DNA of 33,353 nt from an uncultured Clostridia bacterium (GTDB lineage: Bacteria; Bacillota; Clostridia; Christensenellales; CAG-917): positions 1-33,353 of the forward strand of contig CANQZE010000003.1 in assembly GCA_947628255.1 (NCBI GenBank), given 5' to 3'. Under the pieces are notes generated by a model, which saw nothing but the letters and a program-made list of their open reading frames with translations, ran no database searches and was not told the origin of the DNA. Positions 1 through 8,813 of this stretch are shown piece by piece (the first letter of the stretch is position 1; each line of letters starts with the position of its first letter). The position numbers were made by a program, and so were the translations under genes.

Positions 1-390
1 AAAACGACGCTTGCGGGGGCTGTGGCGCTCGCGGCGACGGAGCGTGGCAAGAGCGCGCTGATCTTGAGCGCATACGGGCTGAACGCCCTCTTTCTCAAGT
101 GTCACACCTCGCCCATCGCGGCGCGGGACGGCATACTCTCTCCCGTCGTCGGCGCGGACCTTGTTGTCATCGACGATCTCGGCACGGAGCCTCTGCTTCG
201 CAACGTCACGCTTGAATATCTGCTTGTCCTGCTCGAGGAGAGATCGCGCGCGGGGCGAAGCACGGTGATCACGTCCAATCTGACGATGTGCGCGCTTCGC
301 GAGCGCTATCAGGAGCGGATTTGCTCCCGCCTGTCCGATCGCGAGACGTCGCGCGTCATCGTCCTGAGCGGCGACGATCTGAGGCTGTGA
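1..390 (+). CDS. DnaC/IstB-like ATP-binding protein (helicase-loader family), 5'-truncated by the window edge
   Basis: Frame is open from base 1 (KTTLAGAVA, end of Walker A). Walker B LVVIDDLGTE, then TVITSNL, ERICSRL and C-terminal GDDLR, all typical of DnaC/IstB. Confidence 0.8.
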   Translation, partial: KTTLAGAVALAATERGKSALILSAYGLNALFLKCHTSPIAARDGILSPVVGADLVVIDDLGTEPLLRNVTLEYLLVLLEERSRAGRSTVITSNLTMCALRERYQERICSRLSDRETSRVIVLSGDDLRL

Positions 391-478
391 GGGCTTGAAA
401 AGCGGCTCAATATCGGGACCATTTTTGCAAAACGCGCATTAAACCTCAAATTTGCGGGCGATAAACATCATTTCAAGC

Positions 479-510
479 AAAAACACCCTCGAGATCGAGG
501 ATGTTTTTTT
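479..510. terminator. Bidirectional intrinsic terminator between the convergent dnaC-like and permease genes
   Basis: AAAAACACCCTCGA-GA-TCGAGGATGTTTTTTT hairpin with A/T tracts on both sides. Confidence 0.65.
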
Positions 511-556
511 GATTGTCTATGCGCTTGCGCGCTTTTTTGCCGAGATATCGCGCCTT

Positions 557-1525
557 CTATCGCTCTTCTCTGAAGTACGACGTGCCGAGCGCCGCAGGGG
601 GTTGCACGCTCTTCTTGCCGAATATGGACGTGATGATCAGCACCAGCACCGTGACGATGTACGGCAACATATTGATTATTTCCATTTGAGCAAAAGTTGT
701 GCCTTCGATATAGTTTGCCAAAATATACAGCCCGCCAAAGATGAATGAACCGGGTATGGACAAAACAGGCCTCCACATAGAGAAAATAACCAACGCTATC
801 GACAGCCATCCGAATCCTTCCAAAATATACTCCCAATTGCCGCCCATATAGTCAATTATGCAGAAGAATCCGCCAATAGCCGATATTGCGCATCCCGTGC
901 ATGTTGAGACATATTTGTATTTTGTCACGTTTATACCGACGGCGTCTGCAGTTGCGGGATTTTCGCCGACTGCACGCAGGTTGAGACCAACTCTTGTCTT
1001 TGACAGAATGATTTGCGCCACGATAGCAACTATTATCGCGAGATAAACCAACACGCCGTGCGACAGAAAAATTTGTACAAACCAATTTTCACTTTGCACT
1101 TGAAACATATTCAAGAAAAATCTGCTTGCTCTTGTGATTATAACGAAGTTTTGGGCCTGCATTTTCGTAATCAGATAGCCTGCCAATCCAACGCCGAATG
1201 TTGTCATCGCAAGACCCACAACGTTTTGATTCGCTCTTAATGTTACCGTCAAAAAACTGTACAGCAATCCCATCAATGCGCCTGCGAAGATCGTAACAAG
1301 CAGAGGAATCAGCACCAACAGCGCGGGAGCGGACAATCCCATTGATTTGACCAAATAGTATTCCGCAATACAACCGCAAGCAGCGCCTACGCTCATAACG
1401 CCCGGGATACCGAGATTAAGATGACCACCCTTTTCAATAATAGTTTCGCCCGTAGAGCCATATAGGAACGTAGCGCTCAAGCGCATAGCGCTTTTGATAA
1501 ATTGCACCAACATTGCACCGGTCAT
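557..1525 (-). CDS. Nucleoside/sugar ABC transporter permease 2 (BPD_transp_2 family)
   Basis: Hydrophobic 322 aa protein with EKGGHLNLGIPG, GLNLRAVGENPATADAVGINV, GFGWLSIALV, MLPY and a PAALG..YFREER end. Confidence 0.9.
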   Translation of the reverse strand: MTGAMLVQFIKSAMRLSATFLYGSTGETIIEKGGHLNLGIPGVMSVGAACGCIAEYYLVKSMGLSAPALLVLIPLLVTIFAGALMGLLYSFLTVTLRANQNVVGLAMTTFGVGLAGYLITKMQAQNFVIITRASRFFLNMFQVQSENWFVQIFLSHGVLVYLAIIVAIVAQIILSKTRVGLNLRAVGENPATADAVGINVTKYKYVSTCTGCAISAIGGFFCIIDYMGGNWEYILEGFGWLSIALVIFSMWRPVLSIPGSFIFGGLYILANYIEGTTFAQMEIINMLPYIVTVLVLIITSIFGKKSVQPPAALGTSYFREER

Positions 1526-2742
1526 ATTCGTCTCCCCTCCTCGTCGTCATTCTGTTCGTCTTTCTGTAACAATCGCACATCTTCATTTTCATTTGCAGTC
1601 AGTTGTTCAGACGAATCTTCACCTTGCGCCGCAAGTTCGAGGTCTTCGTGCGCAACCTTTTTCTCACTCTTCTTAAGAATCACTCTATATCTGATAAAGA
1701 ATTCGCAAATTATGATTATGAGGAAGCAAATACCAGTGGCAACTTCGGCAAAGAAAGCATTGGCGATTCCAAAACTTTCCATAACTCGCGTCGTTCCCTT
1801 TGATAAAAAAACAACGACACAGGACATCAAAACTATCGCAAGCGGATTGAACTGTCCGAGCCAACTGACCAAAACAGCCGTAAATCCTCTGCCACCGACC
1901 GTGTCGATGCTGACGGTATGATCTATTCCTGCGCCAATCAAAAATCCGGCAATGGCGCACATTGCGCCAGAAAGCACGAGCGTCCTTATGATGACTTTCG
2001 GCACATTTATTCCGATATATCTTGCAGTATTTTGGCTTTCGCCGACAACCGAAACCTCATAACCGTGTTTTGAAAAGCGCATATATATGAATAAGAATAC
2101 GGTTATGAATATAGCAACGATTATGCTCAACACATAGTCTCCCCCGGCTATCTGTGGCAAATTACCACTTGTCAACGGGGGAAGCTGCCCCGAGCTTGTG
2201 GGTACCCATGCTTTTATGGAATAAAGCACGATTTGAAGCGCGATATAGTTCATCATCAATGTGAACAGAGTTTCGTTTGTATTCCAAAGCGCCTTGAATA
2301 TCGCGGGAATCACAGCCCAGAGAATGCCCACAGACAATGAAGCTATCAATGAAATGAATATCAACAACGTGTCTGAGACTTTTCCGCCTAGATAAAACAT
2401 ACAAAGCACGGACATATAAGCGCTTATCAGCACCTGACCTTCCGCGCCGATGTTCCAGAACCTCATTTTGAAAGCGGGTGTGACGGCAAGCGATATTATC
2501 AAAAGTATCGCTGCGTCTCTGAAAAAGATATTAACATTCAGATTGGTCCCGAACGCTCCCTTGAACATAAATTCGACAACCTTGAAGGGAGAACCTTTCA
2601 AAACGATGGATATCAGCAGACAAATGAACAACAAACTTCCTGCAATTGCACCCAAACGGATTGCCCATTGCTTCCACGCGTCCAAATGGTCTCTCTTTAC
2701 AAGATGTATCAAAGGCTCTCTTTCTTTCTTTTCATTCACCAT
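1522..2742 (-). CDS. Nucleoside ABC transporter permease 1
   Basis: FWNIGAEGQ, NETLFTLMMNY, GYEVSVVGES..ARYIGI and GRGFTAVLVSWL motifs. Start moved to MVNEKK (2742), which follows GGAGG and overlaps the ATPase stop. Confidence 0.9.
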   Translation of the reverse strand: MVNEKKEREPLIHLVKRDHLDAWKQWAIRLGAIAGSLLFICLLISIVLKGSPFKVVEFMFKGAFGTNLNVNIFFRDAAILLIISLAVTPAFKMRFWNIGAEGQVLISAYMSVLCMFYLGGKVSDTLLIFISLIASLSVGILWAVIPAIFKALWNTNETLFTLMMNYIALQIVLYSIKAWVPTSSGQLPPLTSGNLPQIAGGDYVLSIIVAIFITVFLFIYMRFSKHGYEVSVVGESQNTARYIGINVPKVIIRTLVLSGAMCAIAGFLIGAGIDHTVSIDTVGGRGFTAVLVSWLGQFNPLAIVLMSCVVVFLSKGTTRVMESFGIANAFFAEVATGICFLIIIICEFFIRYRVILKKSEKKVAHEDLELAAQGEDSSEQLTANENEDVRLLQKDEQNDDEEGRRI

Positions 2743-4507
2743 CTGGCATAACCTCCGTAGAAGAATCTGTGAGGGCGGCCCCTTCATCCATATGGAGTTG
2801 TCCCATCATCATAAGACCTATTTTGTTTTTATCCGCAGTTCTGCCATCCACAATTCCCGTCACTTTACCACCGCAAATTATCATTATTCTGTCGCAAAGC
2901 TGAATCAAAACATCCAGATCCTCGCCGACAAAAATGACAGCGACTTTCTTTTCTTTTTGATCGTTGAGCAAATTGTATATCGTGTATGACGAGTTGATGT
3001 CGAGGCCTCTGACAGGATATGCCGCCATAAGCACGGAAGGCGAAGCCGCAATCTCGCGCCCGACAAGCACTTTTTGCACATTTCCGCCGGAAAGTCTTCT
3101 AACGGCGGTGTGAGTGCTTGGGGTGACGACTTCAAGCTCTTCCACAATGGTCTCGGCAAGTTTTTTTGGAGACTTTCTGTCGAGGAACATAAAGCCCTTG
3201 CGGTAGGAGCGGAGCATCATATTGTCTATGAGGTCCATATTGCCCACAAGTCCCATTCCCAATCTGTCCTCGGGGACGAAGGACAACCTCACGCCGAGGT
3301 CGCGTATCTGAACGGGTGTTTTGGAGCGAAGGTCCACGGGCGCGTCGTCCTTTGCGGGATCGAAATAGGTGATAGCGCCGTCCTTAATCTTGTAAAGCCC
3401 CGCGATGGCCTCTAGAAGTTGTCTCTGCCCGCTGCCCGCGATGCCCGCGATGCCGAGGATCTCGCCCGATCTTGCTTCAAACGAAACGTTGTCAAGCACT
3501 TTGACGCCGTCGATGTCAAGGGCGGTGAGTCCGCTGACGACAAGCCTGTTTTTGACGTCGTGCGGCTCGGTGCGATCGATGTTGAGAGACACCTTTTTGC
3601 CAACCATCATCTCGGTGAGTTGCTGCTCGTTCGTCTCGGAGGTATTGACGGTCGCGATATGTTCGCCCTTTCTGAGCACCGCGACTCTGTCCGAGATCGC
3701 CATAACTTCGTTGAGTTTGTGCGTGATGATGATGATTGACTTGCCCGCCGCCTTCATATTGCGAAGCACGTCGAACAATTTGTCTATCTCTTGAGGCGTA
3801 AGCACCGCGGTCGGCTCATCCAAAATGAGGATATCCGCGCCGCGATACAGCACTTTTATGATTTCGACCGTCTGCTTTTCGCTGACAGACAAGTCGTATA
3901 TCTTCTTTTTCAGGTCGATTTTGAATCCAAAACGGTTTGCGATGTCCTGCACGACGTCCGCGCGCTTTTTCGCAAGCCAATTGAATTTGATCTTTTTCCC
4001 TATCCCCACAAGCGGCATAAGAGCAAGTTTGCGCTTGGTTTCTTTTTCGCTGTGGAATTTGGGTTTTGTCATATACGCGAGAGGACCGGGATGCTCGGAT
4101 TCGTCATAATGCTCGTAAGCCTCGTTCTCCGCCCTGTGCGCCTCGGCAAGTTTTTCCTTCTCCTCTTTGAGATCAAATTTGGGACACTTCTCGCCAAGGA
4201 TGATGTTGTCCGCCGCGCTGAATGTGTCCACAAGTTTGAAGTGCTGATGGATCATCCCTATCTTGTGCGCGAACGCGTCCTTGGGCGATTTGATGACGAC
4301 CTCTTCGCCGTTTATGTAGATGTGTCCTTCGTCGGGGAAATAGATTCCGGAGATCATATTCATAAGGGTGGTCTTGCCGCTTCCGTTCTCCCCTAAAATA
4401 GAAAGTATCTCGCCCTTATAAACGTCGAGATCCACATTCTTGTTGGCAACCACATCGCCGAAAGTCTTTGTGATGCCTCTAAGCTCAATAGCAACAGTTT
4501 TTTCCAC
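2732..4507 (-). CDS. Nucleoside ABC transporter ATP-binding protein (two NBDs)
   Basis: GENGSGKTT, ILILDEPTAVL, ITHKL and second-NBD LSGGNVQK. GTG start at 4507 with GGAGG RBS at 4515-4519. Confidence 0.92.
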   Translation of the reverse strand: MEKTVAIELRGITKTFGDVVANKNVDLDVYKGEILSILGENGSGKTTLMNMISGIYFPDEGHIYINGEEVVIKSPKDAFAHKIGMIHQHFKLVDTFSAADNIILGEKCPKFDLKEEKEKLAEAHRAENEAYEHYDESEHPGPLAYMTKPKFHSEKETKRKLALMPLVGIGKKIKFNWLAKKRADVVQDIANRFGFKIDLKKKIYDLSVSEKQTVEIIKVLYRGADILILDEPTAVLTPQEIDKLFDVLRNMKAAGKSIIIITHKLNEVMAISDRVAVLRKGEHIATVNTSETNEQQLTEMMVGKKVSLNIDRTEPHDVKNRLVVSGLTALDIDGVKVLDNVSFEARSGEILGIAGIAGSGQRQLLEAIAGLYKIKDGAITYFDPAKDDAPVDLRSKTPVQIRDLGVRLSFVPEDRLGMGLVGNMDLIDNMMLRSYRKGFMFLDRKSPKKLAETIVEELEVVTPSTHTAVRRLSGGNVQKVLVGREIAASPSVLMAAYPVRGLDINSSYTIYNLLNDQKEKKVAVIFVGEDLDVLIQLCDRIMIICGGKVTGIVDGRTADKNKIGLMMMGQLHMDEGAALTDSSTEVMPDGE

Positions 4508-4522
4508 GCTGTTACCTCCGCT

Positions 4523-4563
4523 GAAAAAAATAAAACGGTTGGGCGGGAAATTCCCGCCCAACC
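4523..4563 (-). terminator. Intra-operonic terminator/stabilising hairpin after the BMP gene
   Basis: Perfect inverted repeat GGTTGGGCGGGAA/TTCCCGCCCAACC (4537-4563), followed on the minus strand by GTTTTATTTTTTT. Confidence 0.75.
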
Positions 4564-4575
4564 ACGTTATGCACA

Positions 4576-5904
4576 TTATGCATTAGTATCGGGAGTCCAA
4601 GTTTCAGTCGGATTGTAAATCCTGTTCTTAAGCGTGATGCCGTCTATTTCAAGGCTGAAATAAGGAGCGGACATAATTTCGGACTCATGGAAATAACCGT
4701 TTGAAACAACTTCGGTTTCTTCTACTTTGAAGGTTGTCAGCGTTGCGTTTCCAACGGTGAATTTGCTGGTATCAAACACATGCAATTGACCGCTTGCGAG
4801 TTTTTCTCTCAACTCAACGATCTTTTCAAGCGTTCCTTCAACAACCGTATCTTCATTGAGGTTTGTCAAAACGACGGAACCGGTCTTGATTGTACCCGTC
4901 CAATCATCTTCGATAGTTTCGCCCTTGACTGTTTGAGCAATGATGTATTTGATGTAAGGCGTCCAATCGATTCTGGAAGAAACAAGGAATGTCTCGGGGC
5001 AAGCTTCGATCGTGCTGCCGTTGTAGGAGACGTTGGGGATTCCCGCCTCGTTGCAAGCGGTAGGAGCGCCCATAGAGTCTGCGTGCTGAGAAATAAGTGC
5101 GCAACCGTCCTTGATGAGAGCTTCCGCAGCGGATTTTTCACGAGTAACATCGTACCAGCTACCAGTGAAACGGACATCCATAACAACGTTGCTGACGACG
5201 CTTCTCACGCCAAGGAACCAGCTGGTATAACCGGAGATAACTTCCGCATATGTAAAGGCTCCGACATAACCGATCTTGATGTTACCATTTGCGTCTTTCT
5301 GATTGGCTTTGATTTGATTGTCATTGATCATCTGTTGAAGTTTGAGACCTGCGACAACGCCTGCAAGGTATCTGCCCTCATAGATGGAAGCGAAACCATT
5401 GTGATAGTTTGCGGGAACATTCAACTTTGTACCACCACTGGAAGGTGTGAATTCCGCCAAATGTGCTGCAGTACCCGTTGCATGGCAATATTGCACCTCG
5501 GGGTGACGGTTTGCAGATTGAATCATAAACGGCTCATGTCCAAAGCTATCTGCAAATATGATCTTGCAGCCTTGCGTCACAAGATCCTCTGCCGCATTGT
5601 AGCAGTCGGAAGTTTCTGCGATATTTGTTTTGAGCACAAGCTCGACCCCGAGTTCGCTGCAAGCACTTCTGATGGCGTTGATGAAGTTCTTGTCGTAAGT
5701 CGATTCCTCTCCATGCAAGCAAATTGCACCAAACTTGAAGTCGGAAGGAATGGTCAAGGAAGAGTAATCGGGAGTCACAAGATGCTCATAAGCGGGCATT
5801 GTGATCTCATGATATGTTTCTCGCGGATCGCAAGCAACAAGACCGATTGCCACAGATGCGACCAAGAGGACGCAAATTGCAAGAATCAAAATTCTCTTTT
5901 TCAT
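4576..5904 (-). CDS. BMP-family ABC transporter substrate-binding lipoprotein (purine nucleoside-binding type)
   Basis: Signal peptide with lipobox LVAC, plus FADSFGH, YEGRYLAGVVAG, IGYVGA, TGSWYD and ISQHADS motifs. Confidence 0.9.
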   Translation of the reverse strand: MKKRILILAICVLLVASVAIGLVACDPRETYHEITMPAYEHLVTPDYSSLTIPSDFKFGAICLHGEESTYDKNFINAIRSACSELGVELVLKTNIAETSDCYNAAEDLVTQGCKIIFADSFGHEPFMIQSANRHPEVQYCHATGTAAHLAEFTPSSGGTKLNVPANYHNGFASIYEGRYLAGVVAGLKLQQMINDNQIKANQKDANGNIKIGYVGAFTYAEVISGYTSWFLGVRSVVSNVVMDVRFTGSWYDVTREKSAAEALIKDGCALISQHADSMGAPTACNEAGIPNVSYNGSTIEACPETFLVSSRIDWTPYIKYIIAQTVKGETIEDDWTGTIKTGSVVLTNLNEDTVVEGTLEKIVELREKLASGQLHVFDTSKFTVGNATLTTFKVEETEVVSNGYFHESEIMSAPYFSLEIDGITLKNRIYNPTETWTPDTNA

Positions 5905-5949
5905 TGATATTTCTCCTTTTTAGCCGTTAGGCTTAATTTTTGATCAATT

Positions 5950-6522
5950 TCAGTGGCGGAATGTGAGGCTGTCGTCCGTCATCGACTCGATGATGGCGAG
6001 GCTCTCTACGCGCACGCCCCTCGCCCTAAGCTCCGCCCCGCCCGGCTGGAAGCCCTTCTCGATGGCGATCGCGCAACCGACAAGAGTCGCACCCGCCTGC
6101 TCTATCAGACTGACGAGGCCCTTCACCGCCTCGCCGCGCGCAAGAAAGTCGTCCACGATCAGGACTCTGTCCCCCGCGCACAAAAAGTCCTTATCCACGC
6201 AGATGGTGCTTTTTGCGCCGTGCGTGTAGGACATAACTTCCGCCGTGAAGCAGTTCGCCGAAATGTTGGACGTTTTGCTCTTTTTAGCAAAAAGCATCGG
6301 CGCGTGCAGATAGCGTGCCGCCGCACAAGCTATCGCTATGCCCGATGCCTCTATGGTAAGAATCTTTGTGACATTGTCGCCTTCGAAGCGCGCAGAAATT
6401 TCCTTACCTATCTCGTCAAGCAGACTCTCGTCTATCAAGTGGTTCAAAAATCCGCTGACCTTCAGGACCTCGCCCGGATAAACCTTGCCGTCCTTGAGGA
6501 TGCGCTCTTCAAGAAGCTTCAT
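5950..6522 (-). CDS. xpt: Xanthine phosphoribosyltransferase
   Basis: MKLLEERILKDG, LKVSGFLNH, ILTIEASGIA, FAKK, PRPP-binding motif VLIVDDFLARG and IEKGFQ. GGAGG RBS precedes ATG 6522. Confidence 0.93.
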   Translation of the reverse strand: MKLLEERILKDGKVYPGEVLKVSGFLNHLIDESLLDEIGKEISARFEGDNVTKILTIEASGIAIACAAARYLHAPMLFAKKSKTSNISANCFTAEVMSYTHGAKSTICVDKDFLCAGDRVLIVDDFLARGEAVKGLVSLIEQAGATLVGCAIAIEKGFQPGGAELRARGVRVESLAIIESMTDDSLTFRH

Positions 6523-6620
6523 ACAACCTCCGCTACGCGGTCTGAGCCAAAGCTCAGGTGAATTGCCGTACTGCCACATCACCGCCCAAAAGCTCTCGCC
6601 TTTGGAAAAATGATGAGAGA

Positions 6621-6650
6621 ATTATAATAAATCGCGCACGCCTCTGTCAA
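6621..6650 (-). promoter_or_regulatory. Sigma-A promoter of the xpt-BMP-ABC operon
   Basis: TTGACA-18 nt-TATAAT on the minus strand. Confidence 0.8.
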
Positions 6651-6717
6651 ACAATTTGAGGGCGTTATGACAAAAAATTTCAAAAAAACACAAAGAGTAT
6701 TTCCTACCGCCAAAAAT

Positions 6718-6773
6718 CGCCAAAATATGGATATCTTGCGTTTGAAAACTCCCCACCCCACAACATATTGTGT
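6718..6773. promoter_or_regulatory. Putative tandem NrdR-like boxes
   Basis: CCACAACATATTGTGT (6758-6773) fits the NrdR consensus acaCwAtATaTwGtgt. A weaker core CAAAATATGG (6721-6730) lies 40 bp away. Confidence 0.4.
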
Positions 6774-6932
6774 GAGAAACCACCCACGATTTTTAATTGT
6801 GATTTAGAGTATAAGAAAGCTCAGACAAAGTTTGGGGAGAGAATCAAGCGAATAAACGTTATTGTCTCGGACAGGGGGAATAGAATCCCCAGCCTCACCC
6901 GCTTATTGGCTTATTCACCGCCTCTGACGCAG

Positions 6933-8294
6933 TTATTCGCAAGATAGCGCGGTCTTGCAGGCTTTTTCAAGCGCGCGGCATACATCAAGCGCCTCCTCGA
7001 GGTCCTTGCCGCGGACTACCACGCCGTGATGCGCAAGAAAACACGCGGGAGCATTGCCGATCGCTTCGAGGATGTTCTTGATCAAGCCTTTGGTGCCGGG
7101 AAGAGCCGCTTTTGCGCACGGGATCTCGCCGCCCAGAATCTCGACAAATTCGTCGGGGACGGCAAGAGGCTTGTTCATCGCGGCAAAGATGCAACCATAG
7201 AATGGATGCGAATGTATCGTCGCGCGCACGTCGCCCGTGAGTAGCGCGGCGTGGATGCCTTTTTCGCTTGTGGGCTTGTCGGAGCCTGTCCACTTGAGCG
7301 TCTCGAGGTCGACCTTGGCGATCTGCTCCGCCTTGAGCGCCGTATAGTCTATGCCGGACGGCGTTGCGAGCATAAATTTGTCGTCCAATTTGACGGCTAT
7401 GTTGCCCCACGTACCCTGCACGAGATTCTCCTCGAGCATCGTGACGCCTGCATTTTTGATGCTTTCGGCGATCTTTTTCTCCTCGTCGGTGACGATGGCG
7501 GACGCAGGCTCGGACGCTCCCGGCTCGCTAGTTTTTGCCTGAGCGATATCCTCTTTTGCCTCGTCGGCGGCATTGCTTTCATCCCCGCCTTGAGTCTGCG
7601 CGTCTGCGCTTTCCGCCTTCTCTTCATCGGCGGAGACATCGGGACGCGAGGCAGTCTCCTCTTCCATATGCTGTTGCTGATTCTTTTTGGAATATTTCAA
7701 TTTGTAGACGACGTGTTCCAACACCGCCTGCAACTTGCCGAGGTGCTGAGTGCCGCCTTTACCTTCCGCCAACAGTTCCGCATTGCAAGCCTTGTCCAGC
7801 ACGAGAGTGGCGGTGAAAACCTCGTCCAGCGTACGCCCTGTGACGACCGCGCCCGCGTCAGGAAGGAAACACGCGTTTCTCAGCCCCGACAGCGCAGCGA
7901 CCACTTCCGCCGCGACGTTTTTGGACGCGCTCTTGACGCTTATGCCGCACACTTGTGCGAGATCGTCCAGAATGGGTTGCAACGGCAGACGTTTTTCGGA
8001 AAATTTCAGGATGCTGTCCCCGTCCACGATGGCGGCCGCTCCCGAATTTTTGTCCTGCCTCACCGCGCAGAACAGTATGACTGCCGCCGCGCGGAAATTG
8101 CCCTCAAACGACTCGATGTTTTTGTCGTTGACAAAGAGGATGTCCTCCTCTTTAATATCGCGAAAATCCGCGGTCGCGGAAGTGATGAGGATCCCGTCCG
8201 CTTCTTTGACGGCGATATATCCGCTGTCGATATATCCCTTTTCGCACATCAGCTTCGCATATTTCGCGACGCTCAAAACCGTTGACTCGTTCAT
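6933..8294 (-). CDS. Class II aldolase/adducin-family protein with two tandem domains
   Basis: C-terminal domain has GTWGN, ATPSG, KPTSEKGIH, IHSHP and LAHHG (Zn ligands). The N-terminal copy is degenerate. GGAG RBS precedes ATG 8294. Confidence 0.8.
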   Translation of the reverse strand: MNESTVLSVAKYAKLMCEKGYIDSGYIAVKEADGILITSATADFRDIKEEDILFVNDKNIESFEGNFRAAAVILFCAVRQDKNSGAAAIVDGDSILKFSEKRLPLQPILDDLAQVCGISVKSASKNVAAEVVAALSGLRNACFLPDAGAVVTGRTLDEVFTATLVLDKACNAELLAEGKGGTQHLGKLQAVLEHVVYKLKYSKKNQQQHMEEETASRPDVSADEEKAESADAQTQGGDESNAADEAKEDIAQAKTSEPGASEPASAIVTDEEKKIAESIKNAGVTMLEENLVQGTWGNIAVKLDDKFMLATPSGIDYTALKAEQIAKVDLETLKWTGSDKPTSEKGIHAALLTGDVRATIHSHPFYGCIFAAMNKPLAVPDEFVEILGGEIPCAKAALPGTKGLIKNILEAIGNAPACFLAHHGVVVRGKDLEEALDVCRALEKACKTALSCE

Positions 8295-8538
8295 ATTCAC
8301 TCCTAACGGGCTGTACGCCCACATAATTATTGCTTATATATAATACTACCAAACATTTTGTTAAAAACAAAGTGTTTTTTGAAATTTTTATCTCGTTTTA
8401 TGTCCGCGGAGTGAGTTTACGCGGAAAAAGCGGCGTATCGACGCGAGATTTTGCTCTCTTTTGCTCCAAAACAACGCTTCCGCTCCGTTTGCTAAAAGAG
8501 AGATCATATCGGGGATGTCGCCCCAACAGAGAAATATG

Positions 8539-8811
8539 TCATTCTTCCTTGCCGTCCTCTTGCGCGCTCGCCTCCTGACCGCCCGATCGGCTTTGAGACG
8601 TCTCGCCCTGCGCCTCCTTTGCGGCGGCTACGATGTCCGAGATATCCTCTTCCCCGTGGCAGGAGCAGTTGCACTTGCCGCTGTACGGACAACAACCGCA
8701 GTCCGAGCCGAGCGACGGTTTGCCTTTGAGTTTTCTCACTACCATCGCGACGACCATTGCAAGCACGAACGCCGAGACAAGCACTATGACGATGATTTCG
8801 ACAGTTCCCAT
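8539..8811 (-). CDS. FeoB-associated Cys-rich membrane protein
   Basis: One TM helix, then KGK..CGCCPYSGKCNCSCH. Directly downstream of feoB. Confidence 0.8.
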   Translation of the reverse strand: MGTVEIIVIVLVSAFVLAMVVAMVVRKLKGKPSLGSDCGCCPYSGKCNCSCHGEEDISDIVAAAKEAQGETSQSRSGGQEASAQEDGKEE

Positions 8812-8813
8812 TT

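Noticed and set aside
1-390. IS21 IstB/mobile element
   Set aside because: No IstA or terminal repeat is visible downstream. A housekeeping DnaC-like loader is more parsimonious, although the upstream region is outside the window.
6815-6930. RNase P or other housekeeping ncRNA (CCCGCTTATTGGCTTATTCACC resembles an rnpB 3' end)
   Set aside because: Too short, and lacks the GAGGAAAGUCC core.
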